From positions 7,341 through 71,340 of the forward strand of contig CAMYVX010000002.1 of assembly GCA_947302535.1 (NCBI GenBank): a stretch of 64,000 nucleotides of DNA, read 5' to 3'. The notes under the pieces are model-generated. The model was given only the letters and a program-made list of their open reading frames with translations. It ran no database searches and was not told where the DNA came from. This document shows, one piece after another, positions 9,653 to 17,737 of the stretch (positions within the stretch are counted from its first letter, which is position 1; every line of letters begins with the position of its first letter). The translations under genes were made by a program, and so were the position numbers. Source of the DNA: an uncultured Bacillales bacterium. Lineage in GTDB: Bacteria > Bacillota_I > Bacilli_A > RFN20 > CAG-826.

Positions 9653-9757
9653 GCTTCCTCAACAGGGCATTAATCGAAAGCGAACGGTAAGGGCTCATAG
9701 ATTGGGCTAAATCAATTATGTTTGATGAATTAAGTCGTCTATAATGTGCGGCTTTTT
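9653..9757 (+). repeat. Structured element, copy 3 (5'-truncated, diverged)
   Basis: GCTTCCTCAACAGGGCATTAATCGAAAGC...GGGCTAAATCAA...AATTAAGTCGTCTATAATGTGCGGCTTTTT aligns to the 3' two-thirds of copies 1 and 2. Confidence 0.8.
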
Positions 9758-9816
9758 GTGGCACTTTTGTGACAACTAGTGTGTTAGGATATGGTTAACA
9801 AAGGAGTACTTTGAAC

Positions 9817-10104
9817 ATGAAACAAGAATTATTAAAAGGTTTAACTGAAGAACAAATTGCTAGAGTTAAAGCTTGTAAAAACCAAGAAGAGCTTTTGGCT
9901 TTGGCCAAAGAAGAAGGCATTGAACTTACTGACGAGCAACTAAACGCGATTAGCGGTGGAGGAGCTTGTAGTGTTGCTTCAGATATTGGAGATTTTTTCA
10001 ATCCATTTGATTGCCCAGAATGTGGATGTAACGATATTAAGGCTGTGGAAGGCAAAGGCAATTTATTTGAATGCCAAGGTTGCGGCTTTAGATGGAGGGA
10101 GTAA
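9817..10104 (+). CDS. Nif11-type leader peptide precursor 1 with Cys-rich zinc-ribbon-like core
   Basis: Leader ...LLALAKEEGIELTDEQLNAISGG, core CPECG-x13-CQGCGFRW; RBS AGGAG at 9802. Confidence 0.8.
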   Translation: MKQELLKGLTEEQIARVKACKNQEELLALAKEEGIELTDEQLNAISGGGACSVASDIGDFFNPFDCPECGCNDIKAVEGKGNLFECQGCGFRWRE

Positions 10105-10112
10105 GAAAAAAT

Positions 10113-10400
10113 ATGAAAAAAGAATTATTAAAAGGTTTAAGCGAAGAACAAATCACTAAAGTAAGAGCGTGCAATAATAGTGATGAATTATTGGCGTTAG
10201 CAAAAGCAGAAGGTATCGAATTAACTGATGAGCAACTTTCTACCATTAGTGGTGGTGGTGCTTGTAGCGTTATTTCAGATATTGGAGACAAAATCAATCC
10301 ATTTGATTGTCCATTCTGTGGATATAACGGTAAATTTGATAAAGACGGTAATGAAATTACCTGTCCGAAATGTGGAAAAACTTGGAGAGATAATGGTTAA
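10113..10400 (+). CDS. Nif11-type leader peptide precursor 2 with Cys-rich zinc-ribbon-like core
   Basis: Paralog of 9817-10104: LLALAKAEGIELTDEQLSTISGG, core CPFCG...CPKCGKTW. Confidence 0.8.
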   Translation: MKKELLKGLSEEQITKVRACNNSDELLALAKAEGIELTDEQLSTISGGGACSVISDIGDKINPFDCPFCGYNGKFDKDGNEITCPKCGKTWRDNG

Positions 10401-10428
10401 TTTTAAATATTAGAATATAAGTTTTCCG

Positions 10429-10705
10429 TATAAAAAAGAATTATTAAAAGAATTAACCGAAGAAGAAACCGCAAAAGTAAAAGTGTGCAAATCACAAGAT
10501 AGTCTTTTAGCATCAGCTAAAGAAGAAGGAATTGAGCTTACAGAAGAACAATTAGAAGCGGTTTCTGGCGGTGGATGTTTCAGCAGTTCAGGTAAATGTG
10601 GAATGTGTGGAAACAAAGACATCTCATAATCGTGGCTATGCAGGAGATTACTGCACTTGCAAATGTAGAAAATGCGGCCATACTTGGAACATATATATCA
10701 ACTAA
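10429..10705 (+). pseudogene. Third Nif11-type precursor, disrupted (no ATG; frameshift near 10624)
   Basis: Frame 1 gives KKELLKELTEEETAKVKVCKSQDSLLASAKEEGIELTEEQLEAVSGGGCFSSSGKCGMCGNKDIS*; the +1 frame continues HNRGYAGDYCTCKCRKCGHTWNIYIN*. Confidence 0.8.
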
Positions 10706-10739
10706 TTATTAAATTAATCAGTTTGAATAACATCAAGAT

Positions 10740-10793
10740 AATTAAGTCGTCCTAAAGGCGGCTTTTTTGTGCTGTCTGGGCGGTCTGCCCGAC
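10740..10793 (+). repeat. Structured element, copy 4 (terminator end only) plus the 3' flank shared with copy 2
   Basis: AATTAAGTCGTCCTAAAGGCGGCTTTTTTGTGCTGTCTGGGCGGTCTG; the GTGCTGTCTGGGCGGTCTG flank is identical to that after copy 2. Confidence 0.8.
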
Positions 10794-10829
10794 TATGAAA
10801 AACCACCGGATTTGGATATCTATTACAAT

Positions 10830-10855
10830 AAAAAACGCACGGATGTCCGCGCGTT
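10830..10855 (-). terminator. Intrinsic terminator of the minus-strand surface protein gene
   Basis: Minus strand AACGCGCGGA-ca-TCCGTGCGTTTTTT. Confidence 0.65.
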
Positions 10856-10861
10856 CTATGT

Positions 10862-12151
10862 CTAATTTATACTATGTACTTTTTTCTTTTTGATAATAAG
10901 TAAAGTGGTTAGAGATAAAGTAGCAATAGCGGCAACAACAATTAATAATGGAGTGTTATCAGAACCGAAATCATAAAAGACGCTACTAGTGGATGTGCTC
11001 TTTACTGAGAAGGCTCTATTTGGAGAGCTAGCTCTATCAATATAATCATATAAGCCATAATCTTTATAGAAAACTACATAGTCATATCTATATAAGGCTA
11101 CTTCTCTAAGATAAGTAGAATTTTCTTTAGCCACTGAGGTTTTAAGTAAATCTCTAAATGAATAAGATTCATATTGTAAATCAAAGAAGAAATAAACCCA
11201 ATCTTCGTTAGAGAAGCTTCTAGTTTCTCCGGTACAAGTAAATTTATCTAACATCTTTTGTGCGTATATTTCAGTACGCTCAATATCATCTACTGAGGCA
11301 CAGTTATAATTATCTCCAAATTTGCCTTCTAACATTTTGAAGTTACATGAACTTTCTACATCATCTTGATTAGTGGTTTGATTCCATTTTGAATCCCAGC
11401 TATATTGAGGTCCATTTGGATCGTTTCTAGTAAAGATAATACCTGAACACCAAATATCTTGAGAGGTAGTTGCGACTAATTTATTTAATGTAGTGTCAAA
11501 TTCCATTTTCACAAAAATAGATGTATAGCTAAATAAGAAATCAAAATAACAATAGCTTACAAAATAATGTGTCGCGTCAGCATCTAACCAATTGATATCG
11601 CATTCAGTGAGATCTAAAGTAACAGTAGTGCCTGATGGCATAAATTTAAATTTTTCATCTCTCATGCCGAGGTTATAATCAGCATAATCCCAATCGTCTA
11701 CTCTAATAGTGTTTGGACTATCGGATAGATTTCTAACTATATCTTCTTTACACATATTATAAATGGTGACACCATCTAGAGATGTGATTCCTGCTGGAGT
11801 GGAAATAGGAGTTCTAAAGATTCTACTTTTTGGAAGATTAACTGGTAATTCAGTAATTCCAAGTCGAGGACCAATCACAGTGATATCAAACAATTCTCCG
11901 TTTGATTCGGTATAACTAAAATCTCCAGTAAAACACCAAACAACCGCCTTAACTCCTTCAGCATTTAAATATTGATCAGCATTTTCCATTGCTCCATATT
12001 GATCAACTCCGACATAGGTTCTTTTCATGGTCACTTCATCTTCTGCTTTAGCGATAACTGGTTTATTAGTCTTGTTGATACGTAAAGAAGATAATCCAGC
12101 AATAGATATGAGCCCTAATAACGAAGTAGCAATGATATTTCTAATTTTCAT
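10862..12151 (-). CDS. Exported protein with C-terminal membrane anchor; possible carbohydrate-binding module
   Basis: Signal peptide MKIRNIIATSLLGLISIAGL; IIFTRNDP...WDSKWNQT resembles starch-binding-type modules; C-terminal YRYDYVV..KDYG, hydrophobic helix, KKKK; RBS AGGAGAG supports the ATG at 12151. Confidence 0.7.
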   Translation of the reverse strand: MKIRNIIATSLLGLISIAGLSSLRINKTNKPVIAKAEDEVTMKRTYVGVDQYGAMENADQYLNAEGVKAVVWCFTGDFSYTESNGELFDITVIGPRLGITELPVNLPKSRIFRTPISTPAGITSLDGVTIYNMCKEDIVRNLSDSPNTIRVDDWDYADYNLGMRDEKFKFMPSGTTVTLDLTECDINWLDADATHYFVSYCYFDFLFSYTSIFVKMEFDTTLNKLVATTSQDIWCSGIIFTRNDPNGPQYSWDSKWNQTTNQDDVESSCNFKMLEGKFGDNYNCASVDDIERTEIYAQKMLDKFTCTGETRSFSNEDWVYFFFDLQYESYSFRDLLKTSVAKENSTYLREVALYRYDYVVFYKDYGLYDYIDRASSPNRAFSVKSTSTSSVFYDFGSDNTPLLIVVAAIATLSLTTLLIIKKKKVHSIN

Positions 12152-12547
12152 AATATTCACTCTCCTAAACAAATAAACAAAGTATCTAAAGTTATATAAC
12201 TTTTAACTTCGTAATTCAAGAAATTATTGATTTAATACGATTCATTCTAAAAAACATGAGAAAATAAAAAAACGCATTTTTCTAGCGCTAACAATCTCTA
12301 TTCAATAATTAACACAGATAACTTACTCACAAACATTAATCTTAAGCACACAAACTTAATATGTTTGACACTAAAGAAGATCTACTAACACTAGATTATT
12401 TCTTACTCTCTCTACTCCCCACGCACTCCGCCTTCAACAGCAAAAGGAAAGCTGAAATGCCCGCTCGCAAACTCAACACTTCACGATATGATTTAGATAG
12501 GCGGCTTTAGACAAAATTGAATGGATCGTCTTAGACAACGACACTTT

Positions 12548-12686
12548 TGTAGCAGGGCAGTCGCGATTTGCCTCGTTTGGCTAAAAATGACTTTCCTCGC
12601 AAGGCAGTTAGTCGAAGCATATGGTTAGGCCTTGAATTTGGGCTAAATCAATGTAAATTAAGTCGCCCATAACGGACGGCTTTTTT
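12548..12686 (+). repeat. ~140-nt structured element, copy 5 (full length)
   Basis: Aligns with copies 1 and 2; substitutions keep the hairpins pairable. Confidence 0.9.
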
Positions 12687-12743
12687 CTATTGCGATAGGT
12701 TGCTGTTATTTTATTCATTAAGACAAAAAAGTATAATGAATAC

Positions 12744-14597
12744 ATGAGAATAAAAAGTGTATTTTTAGCAACATCAGTATTGATTTCACTATGTTCATGT
12801 AAATCTAAACAGAACTATTTTACCATTTCATGGCTAAATTATGATCGTAGTGTGCTTGAAATAGATAGAGTTGAAGAAGGTTTGTTACCTTCTTATGATG
12901 GAGATGAGCCAACAAAACTTAGTGATGACTCTTTTGACTATGATTTTATTGGTTGGGATAAAGAAATTGAAGTAGCGTCAAAAGATACTGAGTATATTGC
13001 TATCTATCAAGAAATAAAAAGAAAAGGGAATATCGTTGCTAGTCAAGAAAGTGGTTTTTATAATGAACCATTTTATTTGGAATTAAATGCCCCTAGGGGA
13101 TTTGACATTTATTACTCCTTAGATAACACAATTCCTGATGAAAACTCTTTGTTATATAATGAACCAATTTATATTGAGGATGTATCCTATAAAGAAAACT
13201 ATTATTCTATGAAGCAAGGTATTTCATCATTAGATGTTTATTATCCTCAAGAGCTAATAGATAAGTGCCAAATTGTCAAAGCTATAGCGATAAACAAAAC
13301 TAGTCAAGAAAGAACAAAAGTATATGAATACAATTACTTTGTTGGTTATCAAAACAAATTAGGTTATTCAAGTATTCCTATCATCACAATGAACGTCAGC
13401 GAAGAGGACTTGTACGACTACGAAAAAGGAATATATGTTACCGGGAAAATTTATGATGAATCTCCTCATGAAGGATACCCAGAAACATATCCGGCAAATT
13501 ACAATCAAAAAGGAAAAGAGTGGGAAAGAGCCGCAAATTTCAAGTATTTTAATGAATTTGGAGATCTAGAACTAGAACAAAATATCGGTATTCGTATCCA
13601 TGGAGGCTGGTCTAGAGCGTTCAATCAAAAGTCATTTAATTTATATGCAAGAAAAGAATATGATGGGAATTCCACTTTTCAAAAAACCTTCTTTTCAAAT
13701 ATAAATGCCCATTCGTTGATGTTAAGAAGTGGCGGATATCGCGATACCACATTAACCAAATTAAGAGACTCATTAAACCAAACCCTTTCTTCTAATGAAG
13801 GTTTTGCGGTTCAACAAAGTCACCCGGTTATCTTATTTTTAAATGGAGAGTACTGGGGAAGCTATAACCTTCAAGAAAGATATTCTGATAATTATGTTCA
13901 AGAACATTATCCTGACATTAATAAGAAAGACGTTTTAATTATCAAAAACGATGAAATAGACGAAGGCGAAGAAAGCAAATTCTATCTTTATGAAGAACTA
14001 GTAGATTTTTTTAAAGATCGCACTTTTGAAAGTGAAACAAATTATGAATTAGCAAAGAGTTATATTGATGTTGATGAATTTGCTTCGTATATGTCCACAC
14101 AACTATATGTTGGTAATATTGATTGGCCAGGGAACAATGTCCGTGTATTTAAAGATACTTCTAAAGATGATTCTAAGTGGCATTTTATGATGTTTGATAC
14201 AGATGATTCTTCAAATATATTACCCGCTAAATGTAGTGCGATTGTTGATCCATTTTTAAGAAGCTCACACTGGAAAAGTGGTCCTTTAGAAGAAGATTGC
14301 TTATTAGGTTTGATTTTATCAAAATTAATTGCTAATCAAGAATTCAAAATGTTATTTAGAGATACGTTTATCAGAATAGGCGAGCAAGTGTTTTCTCTTG
14401 AACATGTTGATGATTATTTAAAAGAAATGAAGACTAGATTAGCAACGCCAATGGTTAACAATTATAAAAGATTTGTTAGTAACAATTATAGTGAACAGTA
14501 CTTTCTTGATAAGGTAAATGTTATCGAGACATTTTTTGAAGAAAGACACGATTATGCGATAAGCTTCTTAAATCAACACATTCCAATCGCTAACTAG
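12744..14597 (+). CDS. CotH kinase-family lipoprotein with chitobiase/Fn3-associated domain
   Basis: Lipobox LCSC; SGFYNEPF...IYYSLDNTIP domain; GIRIHGGWSR, KSFNLYARKEY, NGEYWGSYNLQER, DWPGNN, FDTD CotH motifs. Confidence 0.85.
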   Translation: MRIKSVFLATSVLISLCSCKSKQNYFTISWLNYDRSVLEIDRVEEGLLPSYDGDEPTKLSDDSFDYDFIGWDKEIEVASKDTEYIAIYQEIKRKGNIVASQESGFYNEPFYLELNAPRGFDIYYSLDNTIPDENSLLYNEPIYIEDVSYKENYYSMKQGISSLDVYYPQELIDKCQIVKAIAINKTSQERTKVYEYNYFVGYQNKLGYSSIPIITMNVSEEDLYDYEKGIYVTGKIYDESPHEGYPETYPANYNQKGKEWERAANFKYFNEFGDLELEQNIGIRIHGGWSRAFNQKSFNLYARKEYDGNSTFQKTFFSNINAHSLMLRSGGYRDTTLTKLRDSLNQTLSSNEGFAVQQSHPVILFLNGEYWGSYNLQERYSDNYVQEHYPDINKKDVLIIKNDEIDEGEESKFYLYEELVDFFKDRTFESETNYELAKSYIDVDEFASYMSTQLYVGNIDWPGNNVRVFKDTSKDDSKWHFMMFDTDDSSNILPAKCSAIVDPFLRSSHWKSGPLEEDCLLGLILSKLIANQEFKMLFRDTFIRIGEQVFSLEHVDDYLKEMKTRLATPMVNNYKRFVSNNYSEQYFLDKVNVIETFFEERHDYAISFLNQHIPIAN

Positions 14598-14670
14598 CTT
14601 TAATTCGATATAAGTTTTTATTAGCGAGATAAGAAAAATAAAGTAGAATAGTTCTTAGGAGATTGAATTT

Positions 14671-14952
14671 ATGTTTCAAATTAAAAAGAAAGAACAAAAC
14701 GGAAGACAAAATATTGATTTTATCGCGTATGTTAGAAGCGAGATTAAATTAGATTTACCCGGTGAGGTTATTAACTATATCTATTCTTTGTTAGAGAATA
14801 AAACTATTGGTGATTTTCTTGATAACTTATTTCCTATTATGGAGAAAGTTTCAAAGACATTCCCAGAAATTACTGATGACTATTTAAGAGAGCATGGCTT
14901 TGGTATGTTTTTCCTTGAAGCCACGGATGATATAACAAAGAAACTTCATTAA
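14671..14952 (+). CDS. Hypothetical protein
   Basis: 93-aa ORF with RBS AGGAG; no recognised motif. Confidence 0.55.
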   Translation: MFQIKKKEQNGRQNIDFIAYVRSEIKLDLPGEVINYIYSLLENKTIGDFLDNLFPIMEKVSKTFPEITDDYLREHGFGMFFLEATDDITKKLH

Positions 14953-14965
14953 GTTTGACTTTTAT

Positions 14966-15250
14966 ATGGCTAGCTCTAAAGACTACCTTATCTTTGTTTT
15001 AGATTTATTAAGAAACCTATCAAGTATTACCTATAAAAAAATGATGGGTGAGTATCTTCTTTATAAGGACTCTATTTTATTTGGTGGAATTTACGATAAT
15101 CGTTTTCTTATAAAGAAAAGTGAGACACTCATTAAATATCGTTTAACAGAGGCTATTCCCTATCCAACATCTAAAGGGATGTACGTTATTGATAGCGAGG
15201 ATCCTGATGAAGTTGAGGAAATCGTTAGAGCCTATCTTTCTTCAATTTAA
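14966..15250 (+). CDS. TfoX/Sxy N-terminal domain protein
   Basis: MASSKDYL..VLDLL...ITYKKMMGEYLLY....FGGIYDNRFLIK. Confidence 0.85.
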   Translation: MASSKDYLIFVLDLLRNLSSITYKKMMGEYLLYKDSILFGGIYDNRFLIKKSETLIKYRLTEAIPYPTSKGMYVIDSEDPDEVEEIVRAYLSSI

Positions 15251-15256
15251 CCATTA

Positions 15257-15276
15257 ACCGCTTCGGCGGTTTTTTT
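15257..15276 (+). terminator. Intrinsic terminator
   Basis: AACCGC-ttcg-GCGGTT plus T run. Confidence 0.8.
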
Positions 15277-15325
15277 AATTATTATTTATTCCCTTTGTTA
15301 TTGTTTTGTTATAATAAGCAAACAT

Positions 15326-15847
15326 ATGATTATTAGCGAGAAGAAAAAACAAGAATTAGAAAATATCTATCAATCATTCCTTCATGACGAAAGAATCTTA
15401 AGGATGAAGGATATTTCTATGCACCGTGGATCTAATTGTTATGTCCATTCTTTTAAGGTAGCAAAACTTGCAATTAAAAGGGCACTTAGACATAAGAAAG
15501 GAAATCTTGTTACTATTCTTCTAGCGGCGATCCTTCATGATTATTATTTATATGATTGGCGGATTGATAAATCAAAAAGAAGACATCATATGGGTTCTCA
15601 TCCTTATGTTGCGGCGAGAAATGCAGAAAGAGATTTTGGCATTTATGATTCTGTTAAAAAGGCCATCCAATCTCATATGTGGCCAGTGAATTTTACTGAT
15701 TTTCCTAAATCTAAAGAAGCTCGCATTATCTCTAATGCGGATAAGACAATATATTTAAAAGAAATTGTTTGCTCAAAAAGATATAAGAAAAAAAGAGAAG
15801 AAAAGTATCTTAAACGAATTGAATTTTTATTTGATAAAGAGAAATAA
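15326..15847 (+). CDS. HD-domain phosphohydrolase
   Basis: HRGSNCYVHS...AAILHDY...H...HP..A...IQSHMWP...ADK. Confidence 0.85.
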   Translation: MIISEKKKQELENIYQSFLHDERILRMKDISMHRGSNCYVHSFKVAKLAIKRALRHKKGNLVTILLAAILHDYYLYDWRIDKSKRRHHMGSHPYVAARNAERDFGIYDSVKKAIQSHMWPVNFTDFPKSKEARIISNADKTIYLKEIVCSKRYKKKREEKYLKRIEFLFDKEK

Positions 15848-15849
15848 TT

Positions 15850-16773
15850 ATGGGGTTAATTTCATATTTATATAAGAAAAAATTTGTTCATCGTTACGAT
15901 AAGGAAGTTGGTATTCCTTATTATTCATATTTAGATTTTGTTTCACTGAAACAAGATAAATCTACTTTTATTAATTCTCGTGGAGTTTCTATCCATTATT
16001 TCTTTTATTATTATGAGGGTTATAAAAAGAAGACCACTATCCTTTTTTGCCCTGGTATTGGCCCTGGACATACTGCTTATATGAAAGAGATTATGCTTCT
16101 TGCTAAAGAAGGATATAGAGTTTTAACTTTAGACTATACAGGATGTGGAGAATCTAAAGGCAAGTATCTTGGTTCTCTATCTTATCCGACTTATGATGCG
16201 ATTGAATTATTGAAACATTTAAATATCAATGAAGATGTTGTTTTAGTGGGTCATTCTTTAGGGGGATTTACCGCTTTAAATGTTATTCATAAATTAGATT
16301 TTATTCATAAAGCTATTATTATCTCTGGTTTCTTAGATATTCCTTCTTTAAACAAAGTTTTTATTAAGTCAAATTATGTTTTAACTCGAACTTTAAAATA
16401 TGAAAAGAAAGTGGCTAGAGATATTTTTACTCTAAATAACATTGATTACTTAAATAAGACGAACGATGATCTTCTATTCATCCATTCTATTGATGATAAC
16501 GTTGTTCCTTATGATATTTCTTTAAAGGTTGTTGAAGGAATTAGTAATCCCCATATTAAGACTTTGAAGGTTGATAAGAAAAGACATAATCCAAATTATA
16601 AAGTGCAAGCGATTGATTATATGAGTGAAGTCTTTTCAAAATATAATTCATTAATAAAAGACAAGAAGATTAAAAGTGATGAAGATAAAATCGCTTATTT
16701 TAAGAATGTATCTTTAGATAAATTGACCGAACAAGACGAAAAGGTTATTTCTATTATTTGTAATTTTATTTAA
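15850..16773 (+). CDS. Alpha/beta hydrolase
   Basis: DYTGCGES, nucleophile GHSLGG, HSIDDNVV, late His. Confidence 0.85.
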   Translation: MGLISYLYKKKFVHRYDKEVGIPYYSYLDFVSLKQDKSTFINSRGVSIHYFFYYYEGYKKKTTILFCPGIGPGHTAYMKEIMLLAKEGYRVLTLDYTGCGESKGKYLGSLSYPTYDAIELLKHLNINEDVVLVGHSLGGFTALNVIHKLDFIHKAIIISGFLDIPSLNKVFIKSNYVLTRTLKYEKKVARDIFTLNNIDYLNKTNDDLLFIHSIDDNVVPYDISLKVVEGISNPHIKTLKVDKKRHNPNYKVQAIDYMSEVFSKYNSLIKDKKIKSDEDKIAYFKNVSLDKLTEQDEKVISIICNFI

Positions 16774-16783
16774 AATATTTGTT

Positions 16784-17650
16784 ATGAGTGGAGAAGTAGT
16801 TAGAGACATTATATTGGATGCTTTAAAAGATAGTGCGATTGTCTTTGCTTTCGTCTTTATATTTCATTTAGTCCTATCTTTCATCGATTATAAGTTTGCT
16901 AACTTCTTAGTTAAAAGAAAAAAGAGCGGTCCTATTTTTGGAGCGATGTTTGGTCTTATTCCACAGTGCGGAACTAGTGTGCTCGGTGCCGACTTATATT
17001 TAAAGAAATATATTTCCATCGGTACAATCACCGCGATATTCCTTTCTTGTAGTGATGAAGCAGTTTTGGCTTTGCTCGCTAGTGGAAATGGAAAAAAAGT
17101 TTTGATGGTCTTGCCGCTTCTTGCAAGTAAGTTTATTATAGGCTTTGTTGTTGGTATTTTATTTGACATCATTTATCAAAAACAAATAGTGGATGATGTT
17201 AATGAAGTTAAAGAGGATGAAGAGTGCCACACTCATCATCATGAAAATACTGCTTTTCATAAACACTTTATCCATCCTTTAATTCATTCTCTTGAGATTT
17301 TTATATATGTTTTATTAATTAACCTCATAATTGGTTTCATTATTGAAGGTGTTGGACCAGATAATTTCTCAGCATTTATGAAGAGTAATCGCTATTTATC
17401 GCCTTTATTTGCCTCTATTATTGGTTTAATTCCTAATTGCGCTTCATCTTTATTGATTAGTGAACTCTTTATTCAAAATAACCTATCTTTTGGTGCTTTA
17501 TTAGCAGGGCTTCTTGTTAATTCTGGACTTGGCATGATGGTGCTTATTAAGAATTTTAAGCAAAGTAAGAACACCTTACTTATCATTCTTGTTTGTTTCT
17601 TAACCGCAATCGCTGTTGGATATATTACTTGTTTAATATTTGGTTTCTAA
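16784..17650 (+). CDS. Putative metal permease (putative manganese transporter / ArsP-like)
   Basis: Two GLIPQCG/GLIPNC repeats, His-rich central loop, multiple TM helices. Confidence 0.75.
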   Translation: MSGEVVRDIILDALKDSAIVFAFVFIFHLVLSFIDYKFANFLVKRKKSGPIFGAMFGLIPQCGTSVLGADLYLKKYISIGTITAIFLSCSDEAVLALLASGNGKKVLMVLPLLASKFIIGFVVGILFDIIYQKQIVDDVNEVKEDEECHTHHHENTAFHKHFIHPLIHSLEIFIYVLLINLIIGFIIEGVGPDNFSAFMKSNRYLSPLFASIIGLIPNCASSLLISELFIQNNLSFGALLAGLLVNSGLGMMVLIKNFKQSKNTLLIILVCFLTAIAVGYITCLIFGF

Positions 17651-17737
17651 CTAAATAGATTTTTTATGCGTTTCTTGTTTATTTATAAACAGGTTTTGCC
17701 ATATAATGAATATTGATAGAATTCGTAGGTATTTGTT

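Noticed and set aside
9795-10622. Minus-strand ORFs 9795-10061, 10088-10297 and 10410-10622
   Set aside because: Antisense shadows of the Nif11 paralogs; their mutual similarity mirrors the + strand genes.
12551-12564. AGCAGGGCAGTCGC matches, from memory, a stretch of the class 1 integron attI1 site; GTTAGGC also occurs in this copy
   Set aside because: The match is short and the flanks do not continue it. GTTRRRY is not conserved in the other copies and no IntI is present. Probably coincidence.
5343-12686. Repeat family as a CRISPR array or classical attC sites
   Set aside because: Units are ~140 nt and separated by whole genes, with no cas genes. There are no conserved RYYYAAC/GTTRRRY ends or single long imperfect palindrome as in attC.
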